A stretch of DNA of 64,000 nt, taken from contig OX597819.1 of the NCBI GenBank assembly GCA_951406725.2, forward strand, positions 30,566,001-30,630,000. The letters run 5' to 3'. This DNA is from Octopus vulgaris. Lineage: Eukaryota. Position 1 is the stretch's first letter. Each line of letters opens with the position of its first letter. The position numbers were made by a program, and so were the translations under genes. Positions 28,921-45,297 of the stretch are shown here, one piece after another. The notes beneath the pieces were generated by a model. That model had not been told where the DNA came from and did not search any database. It saw only the letters and a list, made by a program, of their open reading frames with translations.

Positions 28921-29914
28921 TAAATGTTCATATCGTACCATGAGGTAAAGCGGAGGGACAAAACATACAAGCAAAAATTATTGAATAATTCAAGATCCAA
29001 GGATTTCTGGTTCTGCTTTAAATAAGCTTTACCGTCATCAATTGAATATATCAAGGGTACATAAATACAGATATATATATGCACAGCAAACGATATACTT
29101 ACACACACGAGCGTCGAACATACATACATATGCACGTATGAACACAGCCAGTTGAATCGCCCGCCAAATCACCGCATAATCACGATATGGTTAAAATAAG
29201 CACCGCAGTGAATATAATAACGAATTATATAAATTTATATATGAGGATAATATCGATATTTAAGTATCAAAATTATCTAGTGGCCAGCATGAAAGAAATA
29301 CCTTACAAAGGTAAAAAAATTTTTAACAATTAAAAATGAGGGTGTCTAAAAGACACCAACATGCCGAAATAGCAGTCGAAATTCTGACTATAAAACCACG
29401 TTAAATGGTCATATCGTACCATGAGGTAAAGCGGAGGGACAAAACATACGAGCAAAAATCATTGAATAATTCAAGATCCAAGGATTTCTGGTTCTGCTTT
29501 AAATAAGCTTTACCGTCATCAATTGAATATATCAAGGGTACATAAATACAGATATATATATGCACAGCAAACGATATACTTACACACACGAGCGTCGTAC
29601 ATACATACATATGCACGTATGAACACAGCCAGTTGAATCGCCCGCCAAATCACCGCATAATCACGATATGGTTAAAATAAGCACCGCAGTGAATATAATA
29701 ACGAATTATATAAATTTATATATGAGGATAATATCGATATTTAAGTATCAAAATTATCTAGTGGCCAGCATGAAAGAAATACCTTACAAAGTTAAAAAAA
29801 AATTTTAACACTAAAACGCTTTACCTCATGGTACGATATGAACATTTAACGTGGTTTTATAGTCAGAATTTCGACTGCTATTTCGGCATGTTGGTGTCTT
29901 TTAGACACCCTCAT

Positions 29915-29922
<8 letters not shown>
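28921..29922. mobile_element. Partial tandem (about 480-bp unit) plus inverted terminal segment, PLE-like architecture
   Basis: 28921-29400 is repeated at 29402-29810. 29818-29922 is an inverted copy of about 29328-29432. Ends in (TA)n. Confidence 0.75.
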
Positions 29923-29965
<43 letters not shown>

Positions 29966-30731
29966 CGGTGAAATCGTCAATCGTTTTGCAAAGGCAACCA
30001 ACGCATTTGGCAAACTCTGCCAATGCCTATGGAATGAAAGGGCTATCAAGCTTGACACCAAAGTACAGGTCTGTAAAGCTGCCATTCTTACTACTCTCTT
30101 TTATAGCTCAGAATCGTGGATACCTTATAAACGACACATTAACCAACTAGACATCTTCCACAAAAGCTGTCTGGGGACAATATGCGATTATTCACTAAAA
30201 GACAGAGATTCTAATGCCGACCTGTTTAGCAAGTGTAAGATTGGTGGATCGAGAGATTCCTTATACTATCACAATTGTGCTGGGCTGGCCATGTCGTAAG
30301 AATGAGTGACGAAAGAATACCCAAAGTTCCCATTTACAGCCACCTTGAGAGCGGGAACAGGAATTTTGGTCGACCATGGCTCAGATATAAGTTCAATCTG
30401 AAGAGTAACCTCTTAGAAATGAAGATAGCTCACAACACCTTTGAACGAACAGCCTTGGTACGAACAAAATGGAGATCGTTGCGTCAAAATGGTATTAAAA
30501 ATTTTGTTGTAACCAGCATTAACAGGCTTTGGGGTGCAAGGCAAAGGAAAAAAGCGACTGGAAATATACCACCTACACTAACCTGTAGTCCTTATATTTG
30601 CAGGATCTGTGGGCTTTTTTGCAAATTGTTGACGGGATCAAAATGTCACATTTGACATAAACATTATGACTGACAAAGAAAGAGTAGGCTGTCGGATCCC
30701 CATACGTCGAAACCGACGGGAGAGTTCACCA
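29966..30731 (+). mobile_element. RTE-clade LINE 3' fragment
   Basis: WAGHVVRMSDERIPK..GNRNFGRPWLRYK..LK and a C-terminal CxxC motif. Confidence 0.8.
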
Positions 30732-30763
30732 TATATATGTGTATGTATATATATGCGTGTTTA

Positions 30764-30845
<82 letters not shown>

Positions 30846-31089
30846 ATTGTGTATATATGAGTGTGTGTGTATATGTGTTTGTGTGTGTGTGTGTGTGGTT
30901 TCGAATGGGAAGAGTTTGCTCTTCCTCAGGAATGTATTTCATCCAAGCGTAGACCGGTTTAGCTCTGTATCAATTAATTTTCCGGGAATTTCTTAATTTG
31001 TGTTAGTATTAGTTCTTATTGATGGTTCTTCTTCGACATCAGTACTTTACACTTATGAAGTCTCAGTTGTTATTATAGATGTTTTCATC

Positions 31090-32451
31090 TACCTGATATA
31101 CGGGAACAGAATTTTAATATGATATAAAGAAAATGGAGAGTGTGAACACAGAAATAAATTTATTTATATAATAATGAACTTCATGTCACCTACGCACGTT
31201 TCAGTTTCTCACCTTCATTCATATTTTACAATTAAAATTGCATTATAAATTTAAAAGGTATGAATTTAAAATGTGCGTATGAGTTTGCATGTGCGTCTTT
31301 GGATTTCGTTCTAAAAATAGCTAGAGATTAAACTACGACCATAATGGACAATGGCTAGTTGCAATTCTGAAGAACTAGGTCATACTACTTTCCACCCTTA
31401 ATGAAATTTAGATTTTTTTTTCAGAGGCTGGCTGCCACTGATATCCCTACTCACTTGTCAAAAGAATAAAAAATATAAAATAAAAACTGAAAATATATAT
31501 GTTAGTAAGTATTCAAATCTATTCATTTATCTAACTTCTATGTATTTAATGTGAGAATTTCAGTTTTTATTATTAGTGCAATTTTTTATTTTATTTATTT
31601 AGATGTATCAGTCTTATTTGTTGATAGTTATGGTTATTATATACATTTTGATCAATTAATTTGTATATATTTTAATGGGGTTACGATTCACTATGTATTA
31701 CATATATGGAGCTAGATTATTTTCAAATGCTGAGAGTATCTTTTCCTTTAAGATTTATTCTCATTTTTTCTTTAATTTTATCATTCACGGAGTGGTTATT
31801 GAAATATAATTTATTTAAAATTTATGATATATATATATATATTCCTAATGACTATAAGAAGCTCTCTTTCCTTTATTTATTTATTTAGATATATCAGCTG
31901 ATATTAAGGGTTTCAATGTGTATTCTTCTATTTGATTAATATAGAATTATTGATTTTAGATATTGATTTATTCACATAATGCCTATTTAATTATATTTAT
32001 TTAGATTTATTACATATATATATATATTCGCACAATGTCTATTTAATTTCATTTATTTGAATTTATTAAGCGTATATTTAATCTTGTGTGGGCAACAAAA
32101 TCTTCTTTCTCTCTTATTGTTGATTGATTTGTGCTTGGATGTAATGATCTGAAAAATTTCCTCTACGCACAAATCATACCTTTTGCTCCCAATGCTATAA
32201 GATTTTGCTAATTACCTCTCACTTCAACCTGTAGTCATTTATATCCTCAATTGCCCAAATTTATTTACTTAAACTAGTGCTAGCTTCTTTTCTCTTATCT
32301 CTAAAAGTGCTTTCATTGTCGGTTATCCTGCATTTTATATAATTTTTCGTAGAGCCTATATAGTAGTAATCCAGCCCCCACCCACCTCACCCATACATTA
32401 CCTTATACCTATATATTACACATTTTCTATACAAAAATGTCTTAATGGACA
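31090..32451 (-). mobile_element. Decayed Naiad-type PLE 3' end (GIY-YIG remnant 32053-32451 plus AT-rich 3' UTR)
   Basis: Manual minus-strand translation gives CPLRHFC...YYYIGSTKNYIKCRI..STSLSK*IW...DLCVEEIFQII...FCCPHK. Not in the ORF track. Confidence 0.75.
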
Positions 32452-32759
32452 TCGATTTTTATTTGTGTGTGTGTGTGTATGCGTGTGTGTGTATGCGTGT
32501 GTGTGTGTGTTTCTGTGTGATTCCCAAAGTGGGCACTCCTACCTCATTAAGGGTGCTATGAAAGGCGATAGGATGGTAGAGAGAGGGATGATGGTGTGGG
32601 GGAGGCAAAGAGCAAGAAATCCACATTAATAGCTGCTCATAAAACTGCCATTTGCGCTGAGGACAGAGACAACATGACCTTATTTAATGAATAATAATAC
32701 CTATATATGAATGTACTCATAGATATAACCATGGCAGAATGAAATTAAAGAAACACCTG

Positions 32760-33649
32760 TTGTAAATTGAATGCTTAAGATTTGGCTTTATCTCATCGTC
32801 TACCCACAAGCTGTTCCTTTTGGTCGTATTTGCCAGTTTTTTTTAATTATCTAAAAAAAGTTGGGGATGTTTTTTGTGAGACAACTTGATTTCAAAAACG
32901 ACAGAGCTTATATTTCAGATTTATATTTCGAGTTTAATGAAATCATTTTGCAATGGCAAAAATAACCTGAAGTGAATATGATGAAAATGAAAGCTGTTAT
33001 ATGTTTGTTTCGAAGCTTATTCTGTTCAAACGCAATCTGAAGATTTACCAGTTCAAAAGTCTGTGCTCAATGAAATGACAAAAATACACGAAATTTGAAA
33101 ATATTATATTAGGACTTCTTCCAACAATTTAAAAATATTCCCGATTCTATAGTGAGTCTTAGAGCCATTTATAAATGTTGAGGAATCAAAAATGAGATTA
33201 CAAGAATTGACTGGAAGCCTTCTAACTGAAACTTAAGAATGAGTATCAAGTAAATTAGGAAGCAAACTACAATTTTTTATCGTGGATGAATGGCTGTTGT
33301 TCCTAATTACGTTTTTATCGTCAAATGAACATGGTTTAGTGGCGCTATGATTCATTTACTATACAAAAAATCTACAAATAGTCAAATAGATTAGGGATTA
33401 AAGAAACTGATTGCAAATATTGAGTCAGATTTAGAAAAATTAGCTTCACCTCATCAGTAACTTTTTAATACTTTTTATTTACAATTATGTCTTTGGTTAT
33501 ATAATAAATATATAATATATAATAAATGTTCAAATATAGAATATTCAATTTAATTTTTTAATGTATCATTTCAAGCAACTTTATGTGGACGCTGATGAAC
33601 TATAAGCTCTAAAAGGGAGTAGTAGCCCGAAAAGGTTTTAGAAACACTG
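32760..33649 (+). mobile_element. hAT/Charlie-type transposase relic
   Basis: AYISDLYFEFNEIILQ and C-terminal NIESDLEKLASPHQ. Ends aaaaggttttagaaacactg, a Charlie-like terminus. Confidence 0.55.
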
Positions 33650-33874
33650 ATACGACCCTATTTTATCGATGAGCCATCTTATTATTTAGAACTATCATTT
33701 TATATTGGCGAAACATATTATTTATGACAATCATCATAATATTTGGGAGAACAATCATATAATATAGGACAACCATCAATTTTTTATTAACGAAACATCG
33801 TATTATATACTAAAATCATCATGCTATAAGAGAGAGCTACAAAGGAGAATCATCATATTATATACGAGACATTA

Positions 33875-34235
33875 AAGCGGCGAGCTGGCAGAGTCGTTAG
33901 CACCCCGGGCGAAACGTTCAAATTCCGCCGAGGTTGACTTTGCCTTTCATCCTTTCGGGGTCGATTAAATAAGTACCAGTTACGCACTGGGGTCGATATA
34001 ATTGTTTGTCCTCTCTGTGTTTAGCCCTTTGTGAGTAGTAAAGAAATAGGTATTTCGTCTGCCGTTACGTTCTGAGTTCAAATTCTGCCGAGGTCGACTT
34101 TGCCTTTCATCCTTTTGGGGTCGATAAATTAAGTACCATTTACGAACTGGGTCGATGTAATCGACTTAATCCGTTTGTCTGTCCTTGTTTGTTCCCTCTA
34201 TGTTTAGCCCCTTGTGGGCAGTAAAGAAATAAGAA
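33875..34235 (+). mobile_element. SINE family B dimer
   Basis: Same head and core repeats as 1119. Confidence 0.85.
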
Positions 34236-34627
34236 ACACCTGGATTTCTTTCTCTGACATATTACATTGTCCAATCTATGCAAGTGAATGAGTGATTAAC
34301 AAAATAGGAATTTTGAAGAAAGCATCTTTAGAATTAAAACTATAAAACAAACTATAAAAAACCTATAAAAATGTTGCAACACTGCATCTGTCCAACGTAA
34401 TGAACGTGTTTAGAACTACAAACAATTTGGTTGCTTAGGCGTTGTCTACTGACTAAACAGGCATTATTTGTCATTATTCAGTACTCGCATTAACCTTATT
34501 TTTTATCACAAGTGTTTTTTAAGTAGATTTAAGTAGTTATTCAATTCAACTAGTTAACAAAATTTATTGGATCCCAGGGACTGTATCCAAATTGTTCTGG
34601 CTTCAAAATGCCCCAATGTTGATGTAA

Positions 34628-35004
34628 TCTTTATATATAAAAGTGAAGTCGTGTGTCTGTCTCCTACGATTTAGATTCCTAACTACTCCCACATTTTGCG
34701 GTGCAGTTTAACCAAAAACCGGGTATCTTATAGTCGTGATTCATATCAAGCCCTTATGGGTATTAGCGCGCGTCTACAATGAGTCTACGATTTTAAAACA
34801 AATTTACCATCATTTTTTTCCATTTTAATGCATTTTTTCGCTATTATATAAGGGAAGTAACTCTCTAAAAATGTCTGCGATGAGTCAACGATTTAAAAAA
34901 AAATTTACCAGCATTATTTTGCTATTTTTTGGCTATAATTCTCTAAAAATGCTTATATAGTTATTTCCCTTACAAACTCGAGCAACGCCGGGCGATACTG
35001 CTAG
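34628..35004 (+). mobile_element. Non-autonomous Helitron
   Basis: TC...CTAG, A|T site, terminal hairpin. Confidence 0.85.
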
Positions 35005-35355
35005 TTCTAACAAAAATGAAACATCATTTCTGCAAAACGTAAAGCGAAAAAGTTTCTTGAAAAATCCTTTTGTTTTTTTAATGAGGATATTGATTTATTT
35101 TATCGTGTATGTTTTATACTTTTAAATTTATAATTTGTAATCTCGATATAAATAGATTTCCATAAACCTTTTGAATTCAAAGAATCTATGATTTTCTTCC
35201 TTTCGAATCGAGGGGGTAACGTCAGTGTAAATAAATATATTTGGGGGTAATTGGTTAAAAAAGTTCCCTGGCCACTGAATTAAGTGATGACCTTAAGTCA
35301 GTTTAAACAACAATATCACTAAATATACTGTATTTTGCCTAAGAAAAAAAACCAA

Positions 35356-35787
35356 GGATCTTTTCGGTTCGAACGGCAGTTTTTAGCATAATTTCTAGGT
35401 AACTAAAAAATTTTAAACTTCATATATTGGTAGAATGTGTTTATAAAACATCTTTTTCTCTTGGCTTTATTGAGAAAATTCTATAGTTTGTAAGATATTT
35501 GTTGTTTTTTTTTCTTCAATTTCTGCAATTTCAACCAATCACTGACGTCTATTGAGGTAAAAAAACATTCTGTGCCGTATGAATATGTCCCTCGTTTAAG
35601 AAACGGATTGGGTTTATTTACATTTGTGAAGAAAAAAAAAGATACCCTTCCCCCCACCCCAAACCCTAACTAACCCTAACCCTGAAACAGATTGAAATGC
35701 AATAGATCGATACTAGGGTCATAATTATGGGTGACAATTTCACATGACACCGCTAGAAAAAAACTGCCGTTCAAACCGAAAAGATCC
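35356..35787. mobile_element. MITE-like or Helentron-associated element with 29-bp inverted termini and an internal ccctaa tract
   Basis: ggatcttttcggttcgaacggcagttttt pairs with aaaaactgccgttcaaaccgaaaagatcc. Flanked by AA on both sides. Confidence 0.7.
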
Positions 35788-35951
35788 AAACAAATATTTA
35801 ACAACATTAGGTAGAAGGGATTTTTAGTTACGTCCCTTTCGGATAGGGCAAAGGAATAACTCAATGCCGTAAGTAATGCATTTACACACACACACATACA
35901 CACACACGCACACACACACGCACACATACGTCTCTCTCTCTCTCTCTCTCT

Positions 35952-36015
<64 letters not shown>

Positions 36016-36751
36016 CTACTGTGTATATATCCATCTATACAATACATCTGTATGTGTGTGTAGATCCGTACATGATGAGATCTTTGTATGTGTATGTGCC
36101 TCTGATTCTGCGTCAATCTGTATATGTCGACGAATATCTGTATACGCATACGCGTGCGTATGTCTATCACTGTGAGTATACATCAATATGTATGTCCATT
36201 TATTTGTACTTATAAGGCGACGTGATGGCAGAACTGTTAGAGCGTCGAACAAAATACTTTGCGGTATTGCTTCCGCCGAGGTCGACTTTGCCTTTCATCA
36301 TTTCTGGCTTGATGCAATCGACTGGGGCCGATGCAGTCGACTTGCTCACTTCCCTAAAATTGCTTACCTTATGACAAAAATTGCAACCATATATTTGTAT
36401 CTAAACATCCATTTGTTAGATATATATGTATTATCGCAATGTGTATTTGTATTTATGTTTATGTTTTCCAGTTTCAGCTCTTGAGCTGTGGCCATGCTGG
36501 GGCACCGCAGATGAATAATGAACGACTCCTGAAACAACTTTTCTGCAGCAAACTGGATTCTTTTACTATTTTACTTACTTCAGTCATATGACTGTGGCCA
36601 TGCTGAAGCACTGCCTTTGGTCGACCAAATCGACCCCAGGACTTATTCTTTGTAAGTCTAGTACTTATTCTATCGGTTTTGCCGAACCGCTAATTTACGG
36701 GGACGTAAACACAGACACACAAACATACACACACACACATACACACATATA

Positions 36752-37056
36752 TCACCGTGATCACCGTGACCGACCGGGCTATCAGATGTAGTTACACATT
36801 GCTGGTCACAATGCGTTCGCATTGTTTTAGCCTTCAAATGATGCCACCCCGCTGGCTAAGCGAGCAGGCCAACAGAAGAAAGAGTGAGAGAAAGTTGTGG
36901 TGAAAGAGTACAGCAGGGATCACCACCCCCTGCCGGAGCCTCGTGGAGCTTTTAGGTGTTTTTGCTCAATAAACACTCACAACGCCCGGTCTAGGAATCG
37001 AAACCGCGATCCTACGACCGCGAGTCCGCTGCCCAAACCACTAGGCCATTGCGCCT

Positions 37057-37058
<2 letters not shown>
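36752..37058 (-). mobile_element. tRNA-derived SINE (family D)
   Basis: Minus strand head ggaggcgcaatggcctagtgg, B-box gtttcgattcc, (cacggtgat)n tail. Body shared with 58055-58185. Confidence 0.75.
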
Positions 37059-37116
<58 letters not shown>

Positions 37117-37131
37117 GAAATATTGACTTTC

Positions 37132-37660
<529 letters not shown>

Positions 37661-38639
37661 TACGACGGACTTCTTTCAGTTTCCGGCTGCTAAATCCACT
37701 CACAAGGATTTGATCGACCCGAGGTTATAGTAGAAGACACTTGCCCAAGGTTCCACTCAGTGGGACTGAACTCGGAACCATGTGGTTGGTAAGCAAGCTA
37801 TTTACCACACAGCCACACCTATGACTGTTGAAACGTCCACAAAGGAAACCTGTAAAATGATACAAAGGCTGCCTAAAATACAATACGAAATACCTAGCGA
37901 TAAATGTGAAGGATTGAGAAGAGCTGTAAATAGGATTGAGTGACGACATTCCATCTTGAAAGGATGCAGCATTTTTTTGATAAAGGATGCATTAAATATA
38001 TCACGTTAACTGTGCACTATTCCAAACTTAACTGTTGATCTGAAGAACTGTAAGTGCGATACTTGTGGATATGTTCTCGAAAGAAAGCTTTATTAATCTT
38101 ATAAAATTACACACATACACGGAAACAATCTGCAGATACCAGTCTCTAACTCCTTTGGTGCAATATACTGTTGCAGTGTGCAGTATGGGGCGTAAGTCCT
38201 GGACTGCAAAGAGATATACACAAGTCTGTCAATCTGTTGACACACCCAAAGATTACTGAGTTATTTTTGTCATATTTTCTCTAAACTTTGTGAATCATCA
38301 GCTACTCTTGAGAACCAACTCAGAGCACATGGGCGTCTCACATACAGTAGTTAGACTGAACGTTGAATGACACAGCTGTCATCTGACAAGATGAAGCAAT
38401 AATTTCGTATATAAATAACGTTGGGTAAATGACTAGCAAAAGAGGCAGGTACCTTAATCTGAGTCCTGTACGGACCTCTACATGGCTCTGAACAGAAAAA
38501 TATGTATGGTCATATAAACGTGTATGTATACCTATATAGCATATGACTCTGTACGTACATATTAACGTCTACTTATCTTTCTGACCTATATACATACATG
38601 TATCTATCCAGCTGTGTGTGTGTGTAGATGCATATATGC

Positions 38640-38677
<38 letters not shown>

Positions 38678-38679
<2 letters not shown>

Positions 38680-39063
38680 GCGCAGGAGTGGCTGTGTGGT
38701 AAGTAGCTTGTTTACCAACCACATGGTTCCGGGTTCAGTCCCACTGCGTGGCACCTTGGGCAAGTGTCTTCTACTATAGCCTCGGGCCGACCAAAGCCCT
38801 ATGAGTGGATTTGGTAGACGGAAACTGAAAGAAGCCCGTCGTATATATGTATATGTATATGAGTGTGTGTGTGTGTGTCTGTGTTTGTCTCCCTAGCATT
38901 GCTTGACAACCGATGCTGGTGTGTTTACGTCCCCGTTACTAAGCGGTTCGGCAAAAGAGACCGATAGAATAAGTACTGAGCGAGTTGCTCGATTAAAGGC
39001 GGTGCTCCAGCATGGCCGCAGTCAAATGACTGAAACAAGTAAAAGAGTAAAAGAGTAAAAGAG
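38678..39063 (+). mobile_element. SINE family A
   Basis: Full-length copy. Confidence 0.85.
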
Positions 39064-39104
<41 letters not shown>

Positions 39105-39129
39105 ACGTTCGCATGCGTGAGGATGTGTG

Positions 39130-39368
39130 GGTGGATGTTAAAGCAGCTGCTTAACAACTCAAATGCGGATGTAATATATCTCGACTTTGCAAAAGCCTTT
39201 AAGTCCACCATGGTATATGTTACAAGCTGTGTGATCACGGCATAGTCGAAAAATTTGGAGAGTGGTTACACGACTTTTTGAAAGCTAGAAGCCAGACAGT
39301 AGAGTCATCTCTAAGGAAACACAAATAGTGAGTGGTGTCCCACAGGGCATTGTTTAAGGGCCACACTA
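39130..39368 (+). mobile_element. CR1/Jockey-group LINE RT fragment
   Basis: ADVIYLDFAKAF and SGVPQG motifs. Confidence 0.7.
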
Positions 39369-39443
39369 TCAAAATCAGTATTTTCTTTTTTAAACGCTAG
39401 ATATAGTTTTTCAAATATTTCTTGTTCTTGTTTTTATTTTTAC

Positions 39444-39560
39444 TTATTTATTCATTATTTGCTTGAAGAACGAAATTTGGCTAAAGTAGCGTTGTTTGAA
39501 TTTGCCCTCTGTCATCCCTATGTAGTATTGCCCTTTATCGTTGGCAGATGTGACTGAGTC
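39444..39560 (-). mobile_element. PLE GIY-YIG remnant
   Basis: YYIGMTEGKFKQRYFSQISFF. Confidence 0.55.
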
Positions 39561-39784
39561 CGGATTAACTTCTTTTTTGTGCTTAACACACAAAGAGATA
39601 AAACCTAAGGTGTATCCATTTAGTTTACTATCCACAGAGGGCTAAACCATATATGTTTATTCGTAAAAAAAAGATATATCTTACATAACCGGAGGCATGG
39701 TTATGCGGTTAAGAAGCTCACTTTGCAACCATGTGATTTCGGGTTCAGTCCCACCGTGCGGCGTTTTAGGCAGGTATCTATGCC

Positions 39785-41556
<1,772 letters not shown>

Positions 41557-41559
41557 ATG

Positions 41560-41632
<73 letters not shown>

Positions 41633-41714
41633 CAATAATAATAATAACAACAACAACAACAACAACATCGAAAAATACCTTAGGAATGAGAACCCATGTT
41701 CGAAATTTCCCCAA

Positions 41715-41760
41715 GACACCTGATGAAGGCTGGAGGATATATCAGCTGAAACGTTGTGTT
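41715..41760 (+). ncRNA. Minimal type I hammerhead ribozyme
   Basis: gacac-CTGATGA-a-ggctgg-aggatata-tcagct-GAAA-cg-TT-gtgtt, with palindrome AACGTT. Confidence 0.7.
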
Positions 41761-42344
41761 AACAACAAACAAGATGACAAATATCCGCCAAATGTAAATA
41801 ATGTAAATAAGTTATCTTCTACTATAGCCCCGGGCTTATCAGTACTTTATAAGTGAATTTGGTAGAAACTGTGTGGAAGACCTTCATAAAGATGTGCGTG
41901 CGCGCGTGTGTGCCTTTGTGTTTGTTCCCCACCACGGCTTAAGAACCGGTGTTGGTTTGTTTAGATCCCCAACTTGCCGGATTGGCAAAAGGCTCTGTTA
42001 GAATAAGTTCCACACTCAACAAAAATAAGTACTGGTTGGGCTTTTAAAAAAACAAACCCAGAAAGCTGGTGCCCCAGGAAGGTAATGACTAACACAAGTA
42101 AACGATGCAAGATAAAAAATTACATTTCAAATCTTCAAAAATAAAAACGCTCTTAGCTTTCTATTAATCAATTAATGTTTTTGATGTTTCTTTTTGCGCA
42201 TGTGATGATTATAAAATGAAATGTATAAGCCGGAAAATGAACCCGCATCGTCTGCTTAACGCCCGTAATTCTTTATTTTTAGTTTTATTTTCTTTATTCA
42301 TTTATTTCATGTTGGCAAACTAGGTGGTTTATTCAGTGTCTCTA

Positions 42345-42941
42345 TAATCCTTTCTACTATACGCACAAGGCCTGAAATTTTGGGGGAGGGATTTGGTCGA
42401 TTACATCGACCCCAGTATTTCACTGATACTTGATTTATCGACCTTGAAAGGATGAAAGGCAAAGTCGAGCACTGCGGAATTTGAACTCAGAACGTAAGGA
42501 CGGACGAAATGCCGCTAACGATTCTTATATCTTTATTGCCCACAAGGAGCTAAACACAGAGGAGACAAACAAGAACAGGCAAAGGGATTAAGTCGGTTAC
42601 TTCGACCCCAGTCCGTAACTGGTACTTAATTTATCGACCACGAAAGGATGAAAGGTAAAGTCGACCTCGGCGGAATTTGAACTCAGAACGCAGCGGCGGA
42701 CGAAATACCTATTTCTTTACTACCCACAAGGGGCTAAACACAGAGAGGGCAAACAAGGACAGACAAACGGATTAAGTCGATTATATCGACCCCAGTGCGT
42801 AACTGGTACTTAATTTATCGACCCCGAAAGGATGAAAGGCAAAGTCGACCTCGGCGGAGTTTGAACTCAGAACGTAACGGCAGACGAAATACGGCTACGC
42901 ATTTCGCCAGGCGTGCTAACGATTCTGCCAGCTCGCTGCCT
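42345..42941 (-). mobile_element. SINE family B, trimeric tandem
   Basis: Three copies of ttatcgac...gaaaggatgaaagg.aaagtcga. Confidence 0.85.
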
Positions 42942-43041
42942 TTTTCAGTACCGCTATAATGACATTTCATTCGCCAAAACATTTGATATCAGTCTGTGAA
43001 AATCAAGCGTAGGCGACACTGCTTTCTCTCTCTCCCTCTCC

Positions 43042-43075
<34 letters not shown>

Positions 43076-43829
43076 TCCTCTCTCTCTCTCTCTTTCTCTC
43101 TCTATCTCTCTCTATCTATCTATCCATCTATCTATCTCTGTCTCTCCCTCTCTCTCCCCCTCTCTCCCTCTCTCTCTCTCCCTCTCTCTCCCTCTCTCTC
43201 CCTCTCCCTCCATTTCTCTCTCTCCCTCTCTCTGCCCTATATGCAGCACCTTACTGTATTTCGATCTTTTTCTTTCCTTTTATGTATTTCTTTCTTTTTG
43301 TTCATTCTTTTTCTTATTTTGTGCACCCCCACCACCGCTACTACCAGCTCCTCCTCCTCCTCCTCTCTCTCTCCCTCACTCTCCCTCTCCCTCCTGCACT
43401 AGTTCTCATTTCAAGCCACAATCTGATGCAGAACGGTCCAAATGCAAACAGATTTAGTTGCTTCAAAAACTGATTCAAATTTCTGCACAGATTCTTGCAC
43501 AACCACACCCTTCTTAAATCCGCCCATTTCTTCCTACCTCACGTGTATATCCTAGCTAATATCTGTGGCCTCCCTCCTAAGCTAGTTTTTTTTTTTTTTT
43601 TCTTAATTGGTTATTGAAATAAACCAAGACAGCAACAACATCAACAGCAACAACAACTGTAAAGCAAACAAAACTGAAATATATTTTCAAAAATTAAGAT
43701 AAAAAAGTAAATGGGAAGGGAACCGACAAAATATCATGTATTACTGGTATTCTACCAAATTAATGGTAGAGGGTGTGGTTGCTTTTCTTGCTAGAAACAG
43801 CAGTCAAATCTCTCTCAAGCCATAGTTTA

Positions 43830-43978
43830 CCTATTTCTTTATTACCCACAAGGGGCTAAACATAGAGGGGACAAACAAGGACAGACATAGGTATTAAGTC
43901 AATTACATCGACCCCAGTGCATAACTGGTACTTAATTTATCGACCCCGAAAGGATGAAAGGCAAAGTCGACCCCGGCG
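43830..43978 (-). mobile_element. SINE family B fragment
   Basis: Core domain match. Confidence 0.75.
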
Positions 43979-44424
43979 TTACCGTCTGAAAAAAAAAAAG
44001 GAAAAGATATTGACTAATGTAATCCTGGATATACTATTCTTGGAAAATATGACTAGCTGGCCACGGTTGGAATTCATGATTTTGTGCATAAGTTTGCTCG
44101 GGACTAAACAATTGCAATAGCTAGAATTTGATTAAATATTGGTTTGGTGAAGAATAAAGTTGTATCTGGTTTAGGCACAATATCAGCAATTTTAGTGTAG
44201 TCGATTAAATCAATCCTGAAGGATGAATAGCGATTTATTTCATCGATCCTGAAAGGCAAAGTTGACGTCAGTAAAATTTGAACTCGGATAGTAAAGTTTC
44301 GAAAAAAAATACCCTTAAATTATCCAGGTTCATAAAATTGAAATTAAACTAAAAACTAGTGAAGCATTATGAAATACTGAATACAAGAGTAAAAAAAAAT
44401 AGCAGAAAAAAAAATCAGATAGAG

Positions 44425-44490
<66 letters not shown>

Positions 44491-44768
44491 AAGAAGCCAA
44501 CATACATAGACGATAAAGAAGGCTCACTGAAGAAAAGAAAGATGCTACTTTCTACATCAAAAGTATGAGAAGCCCTTTAATTTTTTCATTTTCTAGGGGT
44601 TATAGTGGTGAGACAAAACTACATTTTTTTAATTAAAAAAAAAAACGGGCACCACAGCCCCACTAGCACAGTCTTTATGATGTGTTTGTCTCTGCCAACA
44701 CCCAATGTGCAACTCACCTCCATCACCCCCATCATGCCAGAACTACGGGCCACCCTTCTATCATACAT

Positions 44769-44835
<67 letters not shown>

Positions 44836-45024
44836 GCTCACCCACTTTCTTTCTCTCTCTACCTCCCACACTTGCTTTCTTACTCTCTCTCTCTCTCTCT
44901 TTCTCCCTCTCCCTCTCCGCTATGTGTTTGCGTGTTTTCATTTATACACACATAAGTATACACACATACACATACTTTTATATAAGTATGGATTCGTATG
45001 TTTTTGTGTGTGTATAAATTTAAT

Positions 45025-45090
<66 letters not shown>

Positions 45091-45252
45091 GTGTGTGTGA
45101 TTGTGTATAGAAGAATATATTAATAAAAAGAATTCCAACCTTGTCTGATTTTCACGTTTTATTTACAATCTTATAATGATATATTATAAGATAATATATT
45201 ATAATTGAATAAAATAAAATGAAATAGTAGAATGTTAAATATTCATTCTGAT

Positions 45253-45297
45253 TGAACTAGTACTTTCATGCATTGAATTCTGCAATCTTCGGGTTCA
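45253..45297 (-). ncRNA. Minimal hammerhead ribozyme in the Neptune pLTR (U4>C variant)
   Basis: Minus strand reads tgaac-CCGAAGA-ttgca-gaattcaa-tgcat-GAAA-gtac-TA-gttca. Confidence 0.7.

Noticed and set aside
29020-29045. HHR in the 480-bp tandem unit (TTGATGAcggtaaagctta)
   Set aside because: No stem II and no GAAA.
31186-31203. HHR in the 31k PLE pLTR
   Set aside because: Only the 3' half (GAAACgtgcGTA) is visible. No matching core or stem partner was found.
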